Source of the DNA: Alphaproteobacteria bacterium
GTDB taxonomy: Bacteria; Pseudomonadota; Alphaproteobacteria; SP197
NCBI GenBank assembly: GCA_965228895.1
Contig: OZ245842.1
Coordinates: 2,016,001-2,080,000, forward strand
Direction: 5' to 3'
DNA length: 64,000 bases
The translations under genes and the position numbers were made by a program. Numbering within the stretch: the stretch's first letter is position 1; every line of letters begins with the position of its first letter. Below are positions 10,673 to 19,755 of the stretch, in pieces. The notes beneath the pieces are model-generated. The model saw nothing but the letters and a program-made list of their open reading frames with translations. It had not been told where the DNA came from and did not search any database.

Positions 10673-11569
10673 TCAGTCGGCCCACAGCCATGCCGCGCCG
10701 CGCACGCCGCTTGAATCGCCATGTTGGGCTGGCACCAGCGTCGTCTTGACGGTGTCGGAGAAGATATAGCGCTGCCACATCGCGGGCACGTTGGCATAGA
10801 GCCGTTCGACCTTCGACATGCCGCCACCCAACACCACCGCATCCGGGTCGATGAGGTTGATGACGCTGCCCAGGGCGCGTGCCAGCCGATCCTCGTAACG
10901 TCCCAGGCTCTCCAGCGCCGCAGCATCACCTGCCGCCGCTTGGGCGCAGATCGCTTCGGCGGTCATCGCTTCGCCGGTGTGTGTGTGATGATCGTGCGCC
11001 AGACCGGGACCTGAGAGGTATGTCTCGATGCAGCCGTTTCGGCCGCAGAAACAGGGCGGTCCGGGCCGCTCGTCGTCGCGTCTGTCGGGTAGGGGATTGT
11101 GGCCCCACTCGCCGCCGATCCGATTGCGACCTTCAAGCGGCCGCCCGTCGACGGCGATGCCGCCACCGACGCCGGTGCCCAGAATGACGGCAAAGACCAC
11201 TGCCAGGCCCTTGCCGGCGCCGTCCCGTGCCTCCGATAGCGCCAGGCAGTTCGCGTCGTTGGCAATTCTGATACTGCGCCCAAGGGCCTCGGCGAGGTCG
11301 CGGTCAAACGGTTTGCCGTTAAGCCATGTCGAATTGGCGTTGCGCATCAGACCGGTTGCCGGTGACAGAGAGCCCGGAATACCGACACCCACTCTGCCCG
11401 TCATGGCGACGTCGCGTTCAACCGCCAGCACGAGGTCGCGGATGGCGGCAAGCGTGCCGGCATAGTCGTCGCGTGGCGTGGCGACCCGCCGGCGCGCGAT
11501 CTCACGGTTGTCGTCGTCCAAGGCGACGACTTCGATCTTCGTGCCGCCCAGATCGACCCCCAACCTCAT
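10673..11569 (-). CDS. ROK family sugar kinase (manno/fructokinase-like)
   Basis: GVDLGGTK, ANDANC.ALSE, GTGVGGG, GEWGH..L, CFCGRNGCIE, HGDSSGVRGAAWLW. Confidence 0.92.
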   Translation of the reverse strand: MRLGVDLGGTKIEVVALDDDNREIARRRVATPRDDYAGTLAAIRDLVLAVERDVAMTGRVGVGIPGSLSPATGLMRNANSTWLNGKPFDRDLAEALGRSIRIANDANCLALSEARDGAGKGLAVVFAVILGTGVGGGIAVDGRPLEGRNRIGGEWGHNPLPDRRDDERPGPPCFCGRNGCIETYLSGPGLAHDHHTHTGEAMTAEAICAQAAAGDAAALESLGRYEDRLARALGSVINLIDPDAVVLGGGMSKVERLYANVPAMWQRYIFSDTVKTTLVPAQHGDSSGVRGAAWLWAD

Positions 11570-11572
11570 GCC

Positions 11573-12250
11573 CTAGTGACCATGGTCTGTGAGTTGGCGT
11601 TCGAGATAGTCCCGGATGTCGCGCCATGACTGGGCGTTGAAATCGCTATGTTCGACGGGACCCAAAAGGCCGGAGAGGCGACGGTTGCTGACGAAGTGGA
11701 TCCTGTGGACCTCATCGATGGCCGCAACCTCGTGATGATGGCTGGGTGAATCATCAATGAAGGCGACAAACCCGCTCGTGCGGGCCGCCAGGGCGTGAAC
11801 GGCCGGGGCCTTCGACCCCTCGTTGGTGATCAGGGGGTAGTTCATACCATGCCGCTCCAAGGCATGGCGGCGGTCATTACGATGGTGGTGCGGCAAATTG
11901 GTTAACACGACGACCTGCATCCTCTGATTGAGTATCGCGAGAGTCTCAGCCGCACCTTCGACAGCTCCGATATTGCGGGTTTCGTCGCGAAAGAAACCCA
12001 AGAGCAGAGCCTTTACGGCAGGACCATCCAACGGTGAGCGATCGCTCTGATAACGGATATTGCCGTTGAGCCGGTAGGACGACCAATCGAAGAACGCCCC
12101 GTTTTTCTCCATGTAGCGCTCAAAGGCTGCCATGAACCCGAACAGGACCTCGTCGGCGTCGGTAATCAAGAGCGGCGCGTCATCGCGCAGCGGCAGCGCA
12201 TCGATCTGCTTTTCCACGTCATGAGGCATTGACCGCTGGGCCCGCGTCAT
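11573..12250 (-). CDS. HAD-superfamily-like hypothetical protein
   Basis: LITDADEVLF (DxD), VVLTN, K, FIDD motifs; true start may be 12229. Confidence 0.7.
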   Translation of the reverse strand: MTRAQRSMPHDVEKQIDALPLRDDAPLLITDADEVLFGFMAAFERYMEKNGAFFDWSSYRLNGNIRYQSDRSPLDGPAVKALLLGFFRDETRNIGAVEGAAETLAILNQRMQVVVLTNLPHHHRNDRRHALERHGMNYPLITNEGSKAPAVHALAARTSGFVAFIDDSPSHHHEVAAIDEVHRIHFVSNRRLSGLLGPVEHSDFNAQSWRDIRDYLERQLTDHGH

Positions 12251-12489
12251 GTTTCTACTACCATAGCGGGAACGGGCGGCCGTTGAGGTGCAAAAAACGT
12301 GGCCGCGATCACAGCCGGTTGCGAAGATGAATTTCGAGCCATAGGTAGTGGTGTGCTATTTGTTCCGGTCGAGGTAGTTTATGGGAAATGCGGTGCGTTG
12401 CGGACTGCTTTAGTCTGCTATGCCCGCGACGGGCATGCATGAGCATTGCCAATACACGTAATGGTGAGAAACTGGCGCGGAAAGCATCT

Positions 12490-12855
12490 ATGGCCAAAAC
12501 TGTGCTGATTGTTGAAGACAATGAGCTCAACATGAAGCTCTTCAACGATCTTCTTGACGCAAGTGGCTTCAAAACCGTTCGGGCAATGAACGGCGAGGAA
12601 GCCTTTCGGTTGGCCAAGCAGCATGTCCCCGATCTTATCGTCATGGATGTTCAGCTTCCCGAGGCATCGGGCCTTGAGGTGACGCAGTGGATCAAAGCCG
12701 AGCCGACGACCGCTGACGTCCCGGTCGTGGCGGTAACGGCATTGGCCATGAAGGGTGATGAGGAAAAGATCCTAAGCGCCGGTTGCGATGCCTACATCGC
12801 CAAGCCCATATCGGTTCAGACCTTCCTCGATACCGTTAAGCGTTTTTTAGAGTGA
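12490..12855 (+). CDS. divK: Single-domain response regulator DivK
   Basis: [22 protein letters not shown]...[14 protein letters not shown]...AMKGDEEKI...[11 protein letters not shown]; upstream of pleD. Confidence 0.93.
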   Translation: MAKTVLIVEDNELNMKLFNDLLDASGFKTVRAMNGEEAFRLAKQHVPDLIVMDVQLPEASGLEVTQWIKAEPTTADVPVVAVTALAMKGDEEKILSAGCDAYIAKPISVQTFLDTVKRFLE

Positions 12856-12868
12856 GCCGCGGGACTAG

Positions 12869-14260
12869 ATGACCGGTCGCATTCTCGTTGTTGATGATCA
12901 GCCGCTTAACGTCAAACTTCTGGAAGCGAAGCTCACCAGTGAGTACTACGACGTTCTGACGGCCTCCGACGGTCCGTCCGCGATTGAAGTCGCGACCACG
13001 GAACGTCCGGATCTCATCCTGCTTGATGTCATGATGCCGGGAATGGACGGATTCGAGGTTTGTCGACGGCTGCGCGCCGAACCGTCGACCATGCATATCC
13101 CCATTGTCATGGTGACCGCGTTATCGGAAACCGAAGACCGGGTTGTCGGATTAAGCGCCGGCGCTGACGATTTTTTGACCAAGCCGGTTGAGGACCTGGC
13201 GCTTCTGGCGCGCGTCAGGTCGCTGCTGCGGTTCAAGGTGACATTCGATGAATTGCGACTGCGTCTTAAGGCCGGGTCCGGCTCGACCGACGTTGACGAT
13301 ATCCTGCCGGATGACACGAGCCCGCAGCGCGGTCGCATTCTGCTGTTGGAGGACTTTGAATCGCGCGCCCGGATGATCAACGAGGCGCTGAGCGAATCGA
13401 ACGAGGTGACGGTGGAGCGCGATGACGCCGAGGCTTTGCGCCTGGCTGACGTCAGCGATTTCGACGTCGTGATCATCAGCCTGACGCTCGAGGATGTCGA
13501 CGGGCTTCGAGTCTGCTCCCAATTGCGCAGTCGGCCGGCAACGCGGTTGGTGCCGATCCTGGCCCTGGTCGAGGAGGGCGATCTTGAGCAGCTCGCCAAG
13601 GCGCTCGATTTAGGCGTGACCGACTACGTCATGACACCGCTTGATCGCAACGAGTTGATCGCGCGGGTGCGCACCCAGGTTCGGCGTAAGCACTATCAAG
13701 ATCGCCTGCGGATGAACCTTGAAGAGAGTGTCTCCGCAGCGTCGATGGACGAGCTTACCCGGCTGCACAACCGCCGTTATCTGGTCAGCCATTTGGCACG
13801 TGAATTCGAGCGGGCGGTCGAGAACAGAAAGTCGCTGTCTGTGATCATTCTGGATGTCGATCACTTCAAGAAGGTCAACGACACGCATGGTCACGCCGTG
13901 GGTGACGAGGTTCTGGCCGAACTTGCCCGCCGCATGATCGAGTGTACGCGATCGAGCGATCTCTCTGCCCGGCTTGGCGGCGAGGAGTTTGTCGTTGTGA
14001 TGCCGGATACCACCTTGCCGGTCGCTGAATCTGTCGCGGAACGTTTGCGGTTGGGTGTCGGCGAAACGGCATTCGCGATCCCAAAGGGCGATCTATTGAT
14101 CGAGGTAACGATCAGCCTGGGTGTTGCGGTGAACAAGGGGGCTGACGACACGCCCGAAGATCTGTTGGCGCGCGCCGACAGGGCGCTCTACCGGGCCAAG
14201 TCCGAAGGCCGCAACCAGGTTGCCTGTGCGTCAGAGGAATTGCTGTCGTCGGATGCCTGA
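12869..14260 (+). CDS. pleD: PleD family diguanylate cyclase response regulator
   Basis: Two REC domains plus GGEEF domain with RxxD (RSSD) I-site; follows divK. Confidence 0.95.
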   Translation: MTGRILVVDDQPLNVKLLEAKLTSEYYDVLTASDGPSAIEVATTERPDLILLDVMMPGMDGFEVCRRLRAEPSTMHIPIVMVTALSETEDRVVGLSAGADDFLTKPVEDLALLARVRSLLRFKVTFDELRLRLKAGSGSTDVDDILPDDTSPQRGRILLLEDFESRARMINEALSESNEVTVERDDAEALRLADVSDFDVVIISLTLEDVDGLRVCSQLRSRPATRLVPILALVEEGDLEQLAKALDLGVTDYVMTPLDRNELIARVRTQVRRKHYQDRLRMNLEESVSAASMDELTRLHNRRYLVSHLAREFERAVENRKSLSVIILDVDHFKKVNDTHGHAVGDEVLAELARRMIECTRSSDLSARLGGEEFVVVMPDTTLPVAESVAERLRLGVGETAFAIPKGDLLIEVTISLGVAVNKGADDTPEDLLARADRALYRAKSEGRNQVACASEELLSSDA

Positions 14261-14287
14261 GTGGGCTCTGCGTCGAACACGACCCAC

Positions 14288-14734
14288 CTAGAGATACTCG
14301 ATCAGGTAATCGACGCCGAAATCGCTGACGCCACCGGCGCCATCGCTTCGGACGGTGATCTCCCAGGTGACGCCAAAGATACCGTCGGTTAGGGCGTCCG
14401 CCTCAAAGGCATCGGGGATATCGGCGAACCATATGCAGGTTACGCCTTGGTCACGCGTGTGGCCCCGGCAGTAACGGATGTTGATGGGGTCGCCGACGTC
14501 GTCGCTGTCGATTTCGGCCAGCCGTTCAAAGAAGATGACGACCTCCGTCAGCGGTGTTCCCGGTGGGAAGCGCTCGCTCAGCGCCTCGCCGACCCCTCTT
14601 CGCGCGGCGGCACCGTTGTCGAGGATCAGGGGATAGAACGCAGCGAAATCGATCGCGCCGTTATCGGCGATCGTCGTGATCGGAAAGAACCAGACGAGGG
14701 CAGCGACGCAAGCGTGGCGGGCGTGCTTCATCAT
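14288..14734 (-). CDS. Hypothetical exported protein
   Basis: MMKHARHACVAALVWFFPITTIA signal-like N-terminus, acidic mature part with Cys pair; fills the gap between pleD and rpmG. Confidence 0.5.
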   Translation of the reverse strand: MMKHARHACVAALVWFFPITTIADNGAIDFAAFYPLILDNGAAARRGVGEALSERFPPGTPLTEVVIFFERLAEIDSDDVGDPINIRYCRGHTRDQGVTCIWFADIPDAFEADALTDGIFGVTWEITVRSDGAGGVSDFGVDYLIEYL

Positions 14735-14896
14735 GCGCAAGTGTCGCGCCCGATCGCGACAGCCCGCAACCGGCTCGTGGCGACTTGGCCGAATTGTGAA
14801 CATAAACCAGCAACGGCCAGCAATCGGCTGGCCGCAACATCAGGTCGTCTGGAGTAGGGGGCACCACGCCCGGAGCGTGGCGAGACACCACGTGGC

Positions 14897-15067
14897 TTAG
14901 TGCTTAAGCTTGGTTTCCTTGAACATCACATGCTTGCGCACGACGGGGTCGTACTTCTTGAACTGAAGCTTCTCCGTCTGGGTACGCGGATTCTTCTTGG
15001 TTACATAGTAGTAACCGGTGTCCGCGGTGCTCTCCAGTTTGATCAAAATGGTCGCCGGCTTTGCCAT
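14897..15067 (-). CDS. rpmG: 50S ribosomal protein L33
   Basis: Not in the ORF track (56 aa); manual translation [56 protein letters not shown]; AAGG RBS. Confidence 0.97.
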   Translation of the reverse strand: MAKPATILIKLESTADTGYYYVTKKNPRTQTEKLQFKKYDPVVRKHVMFKETKLKH

Positions 15068-15150
15068 GGGACCTTCACCTTAAGCGCTTGGTCAATCGAG
15101 CGCTGGACCATACTGATAGGGGCCCGGCTGTCAAGCAATCTCGCCCTTCA

Positions 15151-16380
15151 TCAAAGGGCTCCGGTGGCCACCCGCCGGTGGCGGGTCACCTGACGATAGG
15201 CCGCGAAGACGCTATAGACCGCCGCGACCGCCAGCAAGGTGGCCGGAAAGGCGCCGGGACCCCAGGCGGACATCGCGCTGCCGACGGTCAGGGGACCGAT
15301 CATGCCGCCGATACCGAAGGTCAGGCTGAAGACGGCGTTGGCGGCAATCAGGGCGTTGCCCGTGAAGCGCTGACCCAGAAGCGTCATGCCGACGGTGAAC
15401 GTCCCGCCCATGGCGCCTCCCCAAAATATCATGGTCAGCCAGAGCGCCAGGCCGTCCAAGCTGTACCAGGGCGCCAGACCGCCATGGATCACATGCGGCA
15501 GCAAGGCGCAGGCAATGGCGATTACCGTGACACATCCGACCAGCATCCAACCACGGTCCACCCGGTCGGCCAGCCAACCGATCGGCATCTGCCAAAAGAT
15601 GGCACCGATCAGCCCGGTCCAGATCACCGCGTATCCGATGTTGCGGTAGGCGTCGCCCAGCATGTCCATCGTGTAGAGGTGGCCAAACGACATCAGCCCG
15701 CCGTCGACGAAGCCGAACATGGCACCGGACAACAGGACGGTTGGCGCAACAAGAAAGGCGCCCCACATGGATGCGCCGGAGGTGTCCGTGGCGTGCTTGG
15801 CGCCGGTCTCCAGGTTAATCGAGCGGGTCGGCAGCAGCAGGAGCATCGCCGGAACAATGCAGGCGGCAGCGATCAGGAAGGGCAGCCAGCCGCTGCTGTC
15901 GACGCTGCCGGCGATGATCGGGCCCAAGGTCCAGCCCGCCATGCCGACGGTGCTGTAGACACCGATCCAGCGCCCGCGCGAACGGTCATCCAGGATCCGG
16001 TTGATCCAGGTTTCGCCGGCAAGAAACAGCAACGCGTTACCCAGGCCGAAGCAGAACCTGAGCGGGAACCACACGATCACATCGCGAAAGGCTGGAAGTA
16101 GCAGGATGGTCACGAAGACCATGGTCATGCCAATCAGTGCCGCCCGAAAGAAACCGAGGCGCGGGATGATCCGGGTTGCCAGCAGCGAAATGATCAAAAT
16201 TCCGACGAACTGCGACGCGGCGTTAAGCCCGATGATCGATTCGTCGACGCCCTGATCGCGCAGAATTTCGGCGAGCAGCGGCCAGGTCATGCCGGTCGTG
16301 ATGGCCATAACGGCGAGCGAGGCGATCAGGGCAATCAGGCAGGACCGCCGCTGTTGTCCGGTCAGAACAATCTCACTCAT
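15151..16380 (-). CDS. MFS transporter (YcaD-like)
   Basis: About 12 TM segments, ETWIN...RGRWIGVY and QMPIGWLADRVDR motifs; start overlaps the NUDIX stop. Confidence 0.88.
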   Translation of the reverse strand: MSEIVLTGQQRRSCLIALIASLAVMAITTGMTWPLLAEILRDQGVDESIIGLNAASQFVGILIISLLATRIIPRLGFFRAALIGMTMVFVTILLLPAFRDVIVWFPLRFCFGLGNALLFLAGETWINRILDDRSRGRWIGVYSTVGMAGWTLGPIIAGSVDSSGWLPFLIAAACIVPAMLLLLPTRSINLETGAKHATDTSGASMWGAFLVAPTVLLSGAMFGFVDGGLMSFGHLYTMDMLGDAYRNIGYAVIWTGLIGAIFWQMPIGWLADRVDRGWMLVGCVTVIAIACALLPHVIHGGLAPWYSLDGLALWLTMIFWGGAMGGTFTVGMTLLGQRFTGNALIAANAVFSLTFGIGGMIGPLTVGSAMSAWGPGAFPATLLAVAAVYSVFAAYRQVTRHRRVATGAL

Positions 16381-17065
16381 GGTCGATTCGTTGCCGCATG
16401 CCGACATAGTGGAGGAAAGGGACAGGTGCGGCGTGATCTGCTTTGTGGCCCTGCTGCCAGCGCTGCTCGGCTTGCTGCAGCACAAACTCCGTGACATCGA
16501 CGATAGGCAGCCGAAAAGCCTCACGCAGTGGCAGCCAGTGCAGGTCTTCCAGTTCGCCGTCTTCGATCAGGTCACCTTCAGCTTCGTTCGCGTCGGCCAA
16601 AAAGAACCGCGTGTTGAAACGCTTGTGCGACATGGTCGGCGTCAGCGCGCGGGCAATGTAATCCAACGACATCAGATCGGGACCACCACCGGCATGGCGC
16701 AGGGCATGCCAGAAATCCGATTGCGGTGCCTGCTCCAGGACGTCGCTTATCGCTCGATCGATCAGCAGATAGCCGGTCTCTTCATGGGTTTCGCGCAGTG
16801 CCGCGATGGCGATCGAGACCGCATGGGCTTGCGTGGTTCGCCGTGTGAGTTTCTGCTGCAGGCCGCTAGGCAGGTTAAGGCCCTTGGGCACGACGCGGTC
16901 GTGCCGGTCGACCCGGCCGCCGGGAAAGACATAGATGTTGGGCAGGAAGCTCGCACGTTTGCGCCGCCGGCCCATCAGCACCTCGGGGTTGTCACCTCTG
17001 CCGCGAAGCAGAACGATGCTGGCGGCGTCGCGCGGCCGCACCCTGGGCGGCGTAGTCTCCGGCAT
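16373..17065 (-). CDS. NUDIX hydrolase
   Basis: RPRDAAS, VFPGGRVD, AALRETHEETG Nudix box, RFNTRFF. Confidence 0.9.
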   Translation of the reverse strand: MPETTPPRVRPRDAASIVLLRGRGDNPEVLMGRRRKRASFLPNIYVFPGGRVDRHDRVVPKGLNLPSGLQQKLTRRTTQAHAVSIAIAALRETHEETGYLLIDRAISDVLEQAPQSDFWHALRHAGGGPDLMSLDYIARALTPTMSHKRFNTRFFLADANEAEGDLIEDGELEDLHWLPLREAFRLPIVDVTEFVLQQAEQRWQQGHKADHAAPVPFLHYVGMRQRIDHE

Positions 17066-17154
17066 GATGGGAACCTAATGGGGTCGAGGAAGCGGCCATG
17101 CTCCTCAATTGCCGGGCGCGTGTCCAGCGCCCGATACGTTCGGCCTTGACGGCG

Positions 17155-17424
17155 TCAAGCTTCGCCGAGAATCGCGCGTCCGGTGTCGGTAAGGCGGCAA
17201 ACGAGCCAGTCGGGTTTGATAGGGTTGGCGATCCATGGTTCGGCCCAACCTTGGCGCACGCAGCTTCGAATCGTGCGCGGATCGACCTCGCGGCCGTCTT
17301 CGTCAAACAGGGGCAGTTTGCCGCCGGGCTGATCAAGCCCGCGCTGCAACCAGCGCCGCTGGACCGGCGTGGGCCGTGCGGCATCGTTGCTTGTACTTTG
17401 GTTCACAGCTGCATCTGCGCTCAT
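17155..17424 (-). CDS. Small hypothetical protein (alphaproteobacterial type)
   Basis: QRRWLQRGLDQPGGKLPLFD...GWAEPW..NP.KPDWLVCRLT; co-directional between rnr and NUDIX. Confidence 0.75.
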   Translation of the reverse strand: MSADAAVNQSTSNDAARPTPVQRRWLQRGLDQPGGKLPLFDEDGREVDPRTIRSCVRQGWAEPWIANPIKPDWLVCRLTDTGRAILGEA

Positions 17425-17508
17425 TCGGGCCCCCTTTTTGGCGCCACGTTCGGGCGCTCTCTTGTGCGCCGCATTGTAGCCGTAATTCTAACCGCTGGCG
17501 ACTCGGCC

Positions 17509-19755
17509 TCAATGACGCCGGTCACGCCGTTTCGTTTTGCCCTTTTTGCCGGATTTGCGCTTGCCGCCAGATTTTGAGCCACGTGGCGGGCGCCCGGATG
17601 CCTCTGAACCGCCTTCAACCAGATCAAAACTCAAACCGGCGGTGACCGGTTCGACTTCCGCGACCTTGACGGTGACGGGTTCGCCGAGATCGTAGCGCAC
17701 GCCATGGCCGACCAGTTGCTGGCGTCCCTCCATGTAGCGGAACGGACCGCCGTGGAGCCGGCTTGCCGGCAACAGACCGTCGGCGCCGGTTTCATCCAGG
17801 CGCACGAACAAGCCGAAGCGGCCGATGCCGGTCACGCGCCCGGTCATGGTGGCGCCAATCCGATCGGCCATGAACGAGACGACGAAGCGATCGACAGCGT
17901 CACGCTCGGCACGCACCGCGCGCCGTTCCATGGCCGAGAGATGAACGCCGACCTTGTCGAACGCGCTGCCAGCGTCTTCCGGCAGGGCGCCATCGCCCAG
18001 ATCGAATGCGCCGATCAAGGCGCGATGGACCAGCAGATCGGCGTAGCGGCGGATCGGCGAAGTGAAATGGCAGTAAGCCGACAAGGCCAAACCGAAATGA
18101 CCGATGTTTTCGGGCGCGTACTCGGCCTGCGCCTGGCTGCGCAGGACAGACTCGTTGACGGCGTCCTGCTGATCTGTACCGCTGACACGTGTCAGGATCT
18201 GGTTGAAGTCGCGCGGACGCAGTTGCGGAGATTTGCGCAGGCTCAAACCCTGGCTTTCCAGGTACTCGCGCAGCGCTTCGGCCTTTTCCGCCGAGGGCTG
18301 ATCGTGGATGCGGTACATCGCCGGCTTGCGCCGTTCTTCTAGCGCCTTGGCTGCGGCGACATTGGCCGCGATCATCAGTTCTTCGATCAGCTTGTGGCTG
18401 TCGTGGCGAACGCGCTGTTGGATCGTCGCGACCTTGCCGTTCTCGCCGACGATGACCTTACGCTCCGGACGTTCGATGTCGAGGGCGCCACGTTCAGCGC
18501 GGGCTTTGCGCAGGGCGTCATAAACGCCATAGAGGTGTGGGATGAGGTCGTCGGGGAGATCGCGTGTGGCGGCGCTGGGTTTGCCGTCGTGATGTCGTTG
18601 GACCTGGTCATACGTAAGCCGTGCGGCCGAACGCATGAGGCCGCGCACGAACTTCCAGCGATGCAGCGCCCCGTCGCTGCCGATCCACAGGTGAACGGCG
18701 ACGCAAGGTCGGTCTTCGTCGGGCCTCAGCGAACACAGGTCGTTGGAGAGACGTTCCGGCAACATCGGCACGACATGATCGGGCAGATAGACGGAGTTGC
18801 CACGGCGATAGGCCGCGCGGTCAAGCGCGCTGCCGGGCCGCACGTAGTGGCTGACATCGGCGATGGCCACAACGGCGTGCCAGGCCGCGCGGCCTGCCTT
18901 GTCCGGTTCCGCCCAGACCGCGTCGTCGTGATCGCGGGCATCGCTGTCATCGATTGTCACCAGCGGCATCTGCCGCAAGTCTTCTCGCTTGCCCAGTTTG
19001 GTCACCGGTTCGGCCGATGCAGCGACCTCCAACGCCTCTTCGGGAAATCGTGTGGGGATGCCGTGACTGGCGATCGCGATCAGGCTGATGGCTTCGGGAT
19101 CGGTGAGGGCGCCCAGCCGCTTGACGACGGTCGCCTGACCGAGCCCGCGGTGGCGTTGCGGGACGGTTTCGGCAAGCACAAGGTCGCCCGATTCAAGATC
19201 GATATTCGACGGTACCGAAGCGGCGAAGTTTCGCGCCATGCGCCGGTCGGTCGGCTCGATGCGGTCGCCGGCCGGTGTCTTGCGATAGACGCCAACGACA
19301 CGTTCGAGGTCGCGGTCGAGCAGGCGTTTGACCTTGCCGGTGAAGCTGCCGTCGTCGTTGCGGCGAAGCGTGACGAGCGCTCGGTCACCGATACCGGGAT
19401 CGGGCACGCGTCCGCGCGATGGGAGCAAACGGATGCGAGGTGGCGGACCGTCGCCTTGCCACATCATCGGTTCGGCGATGGGTTCGCCGTCGTCGTCAAG
19501 GCCGACAACCTCGATCGCGGCTTCGGCACCCAGCGTGCCGGGAACGCGCAGCCGTCGGCCGGCTTCCCGGCCAATCAAGCCTTCGTCTTTGAGCTCACGG
19601 ATCAGGCGATTGAGTTCGGCGCGTGGATGGCTGCCGGTTATCCGAAATGCGCGTGCGATGTCACGCTTGCTGACGCGGCCGGGGTTTTCGGTGATGAATG
19701 CGAGAATGTCGTCGCGTGACGGCAGGGATCCGGGTTCAGGTTTCCGCTTGGGCAT
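17509..19755 (-). CDS. rnr: Ribonuclease R
   Basis: VTIDDSDARDHDDA, RGNSVY, HFTSPIRRYADL, S1 domain and basic tail. Confidence 0.95.
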   Translation of the reverse strand: MPKRKPEPGSLPSRDDILAFITENPGRVSKRDIARAFRITGSHPRAELNRLIRELKDEGLIGREAGRRLRVPGTLGAEAAIEVVGLDDDGEPIAEPMMWQGDGPPPRIRLLPSRGRVPDPGIGDRALVTLRRNDDGSFTGKVKRLLDRDLERVVGVYRKTPAGDRIEPTDRRMARNFAASVPSNIDLESGDLVLAETVPQRHRGLGQATVVKRLGALTDPEAISLIAIASHGIPTRFPEEALEVAASAEPVTKLGKREDLRQMPLVTIDDSDARDHDDAVWAEPDKAGRAAWHAVVAIADVSHYVRPGSALDRAAYRRGNSVYLPDHVVPMLPERLSNDLCSLRPDEDRPCVAVHLWIGSDGALHRWKFVRGLMRSAARLTYDQVQRHHDGKPSAATRDLPDDLIPHLYGVYDALRKARAERGALDIERPERKVIVGENGKVATIQQRVRHDSHKLIEELMIAANVAAAKALEERRKPAMYRIHDQPSAEKAEALREYLESQGLSLRKSPQLRPRDFNQILTRVSGTDQQDAVNESVLRSQAQAEYAPENIGHFGLALSAYCHFTSPIRRYADLLVHRALIGAFDLGDGALPEDAGSAFDKVGVHLSAMERRAVRAERDAVDRFVVSFMADRIGATMTGRVTGIGRFGLFVRLDETGADGLLPASRLHGGPFRYMEGRQQLVGHGVRYDLGEPVTVKVAEVEPVTAGLSFDLVEGGSEASGRPPRGSKSGGKRKSGKKGKTKRRDRRH

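Noticed and set aside
12490-14260. divK-pleD as a novelty
   Set aside because: Well-known conserved alphaproteobacterial operon
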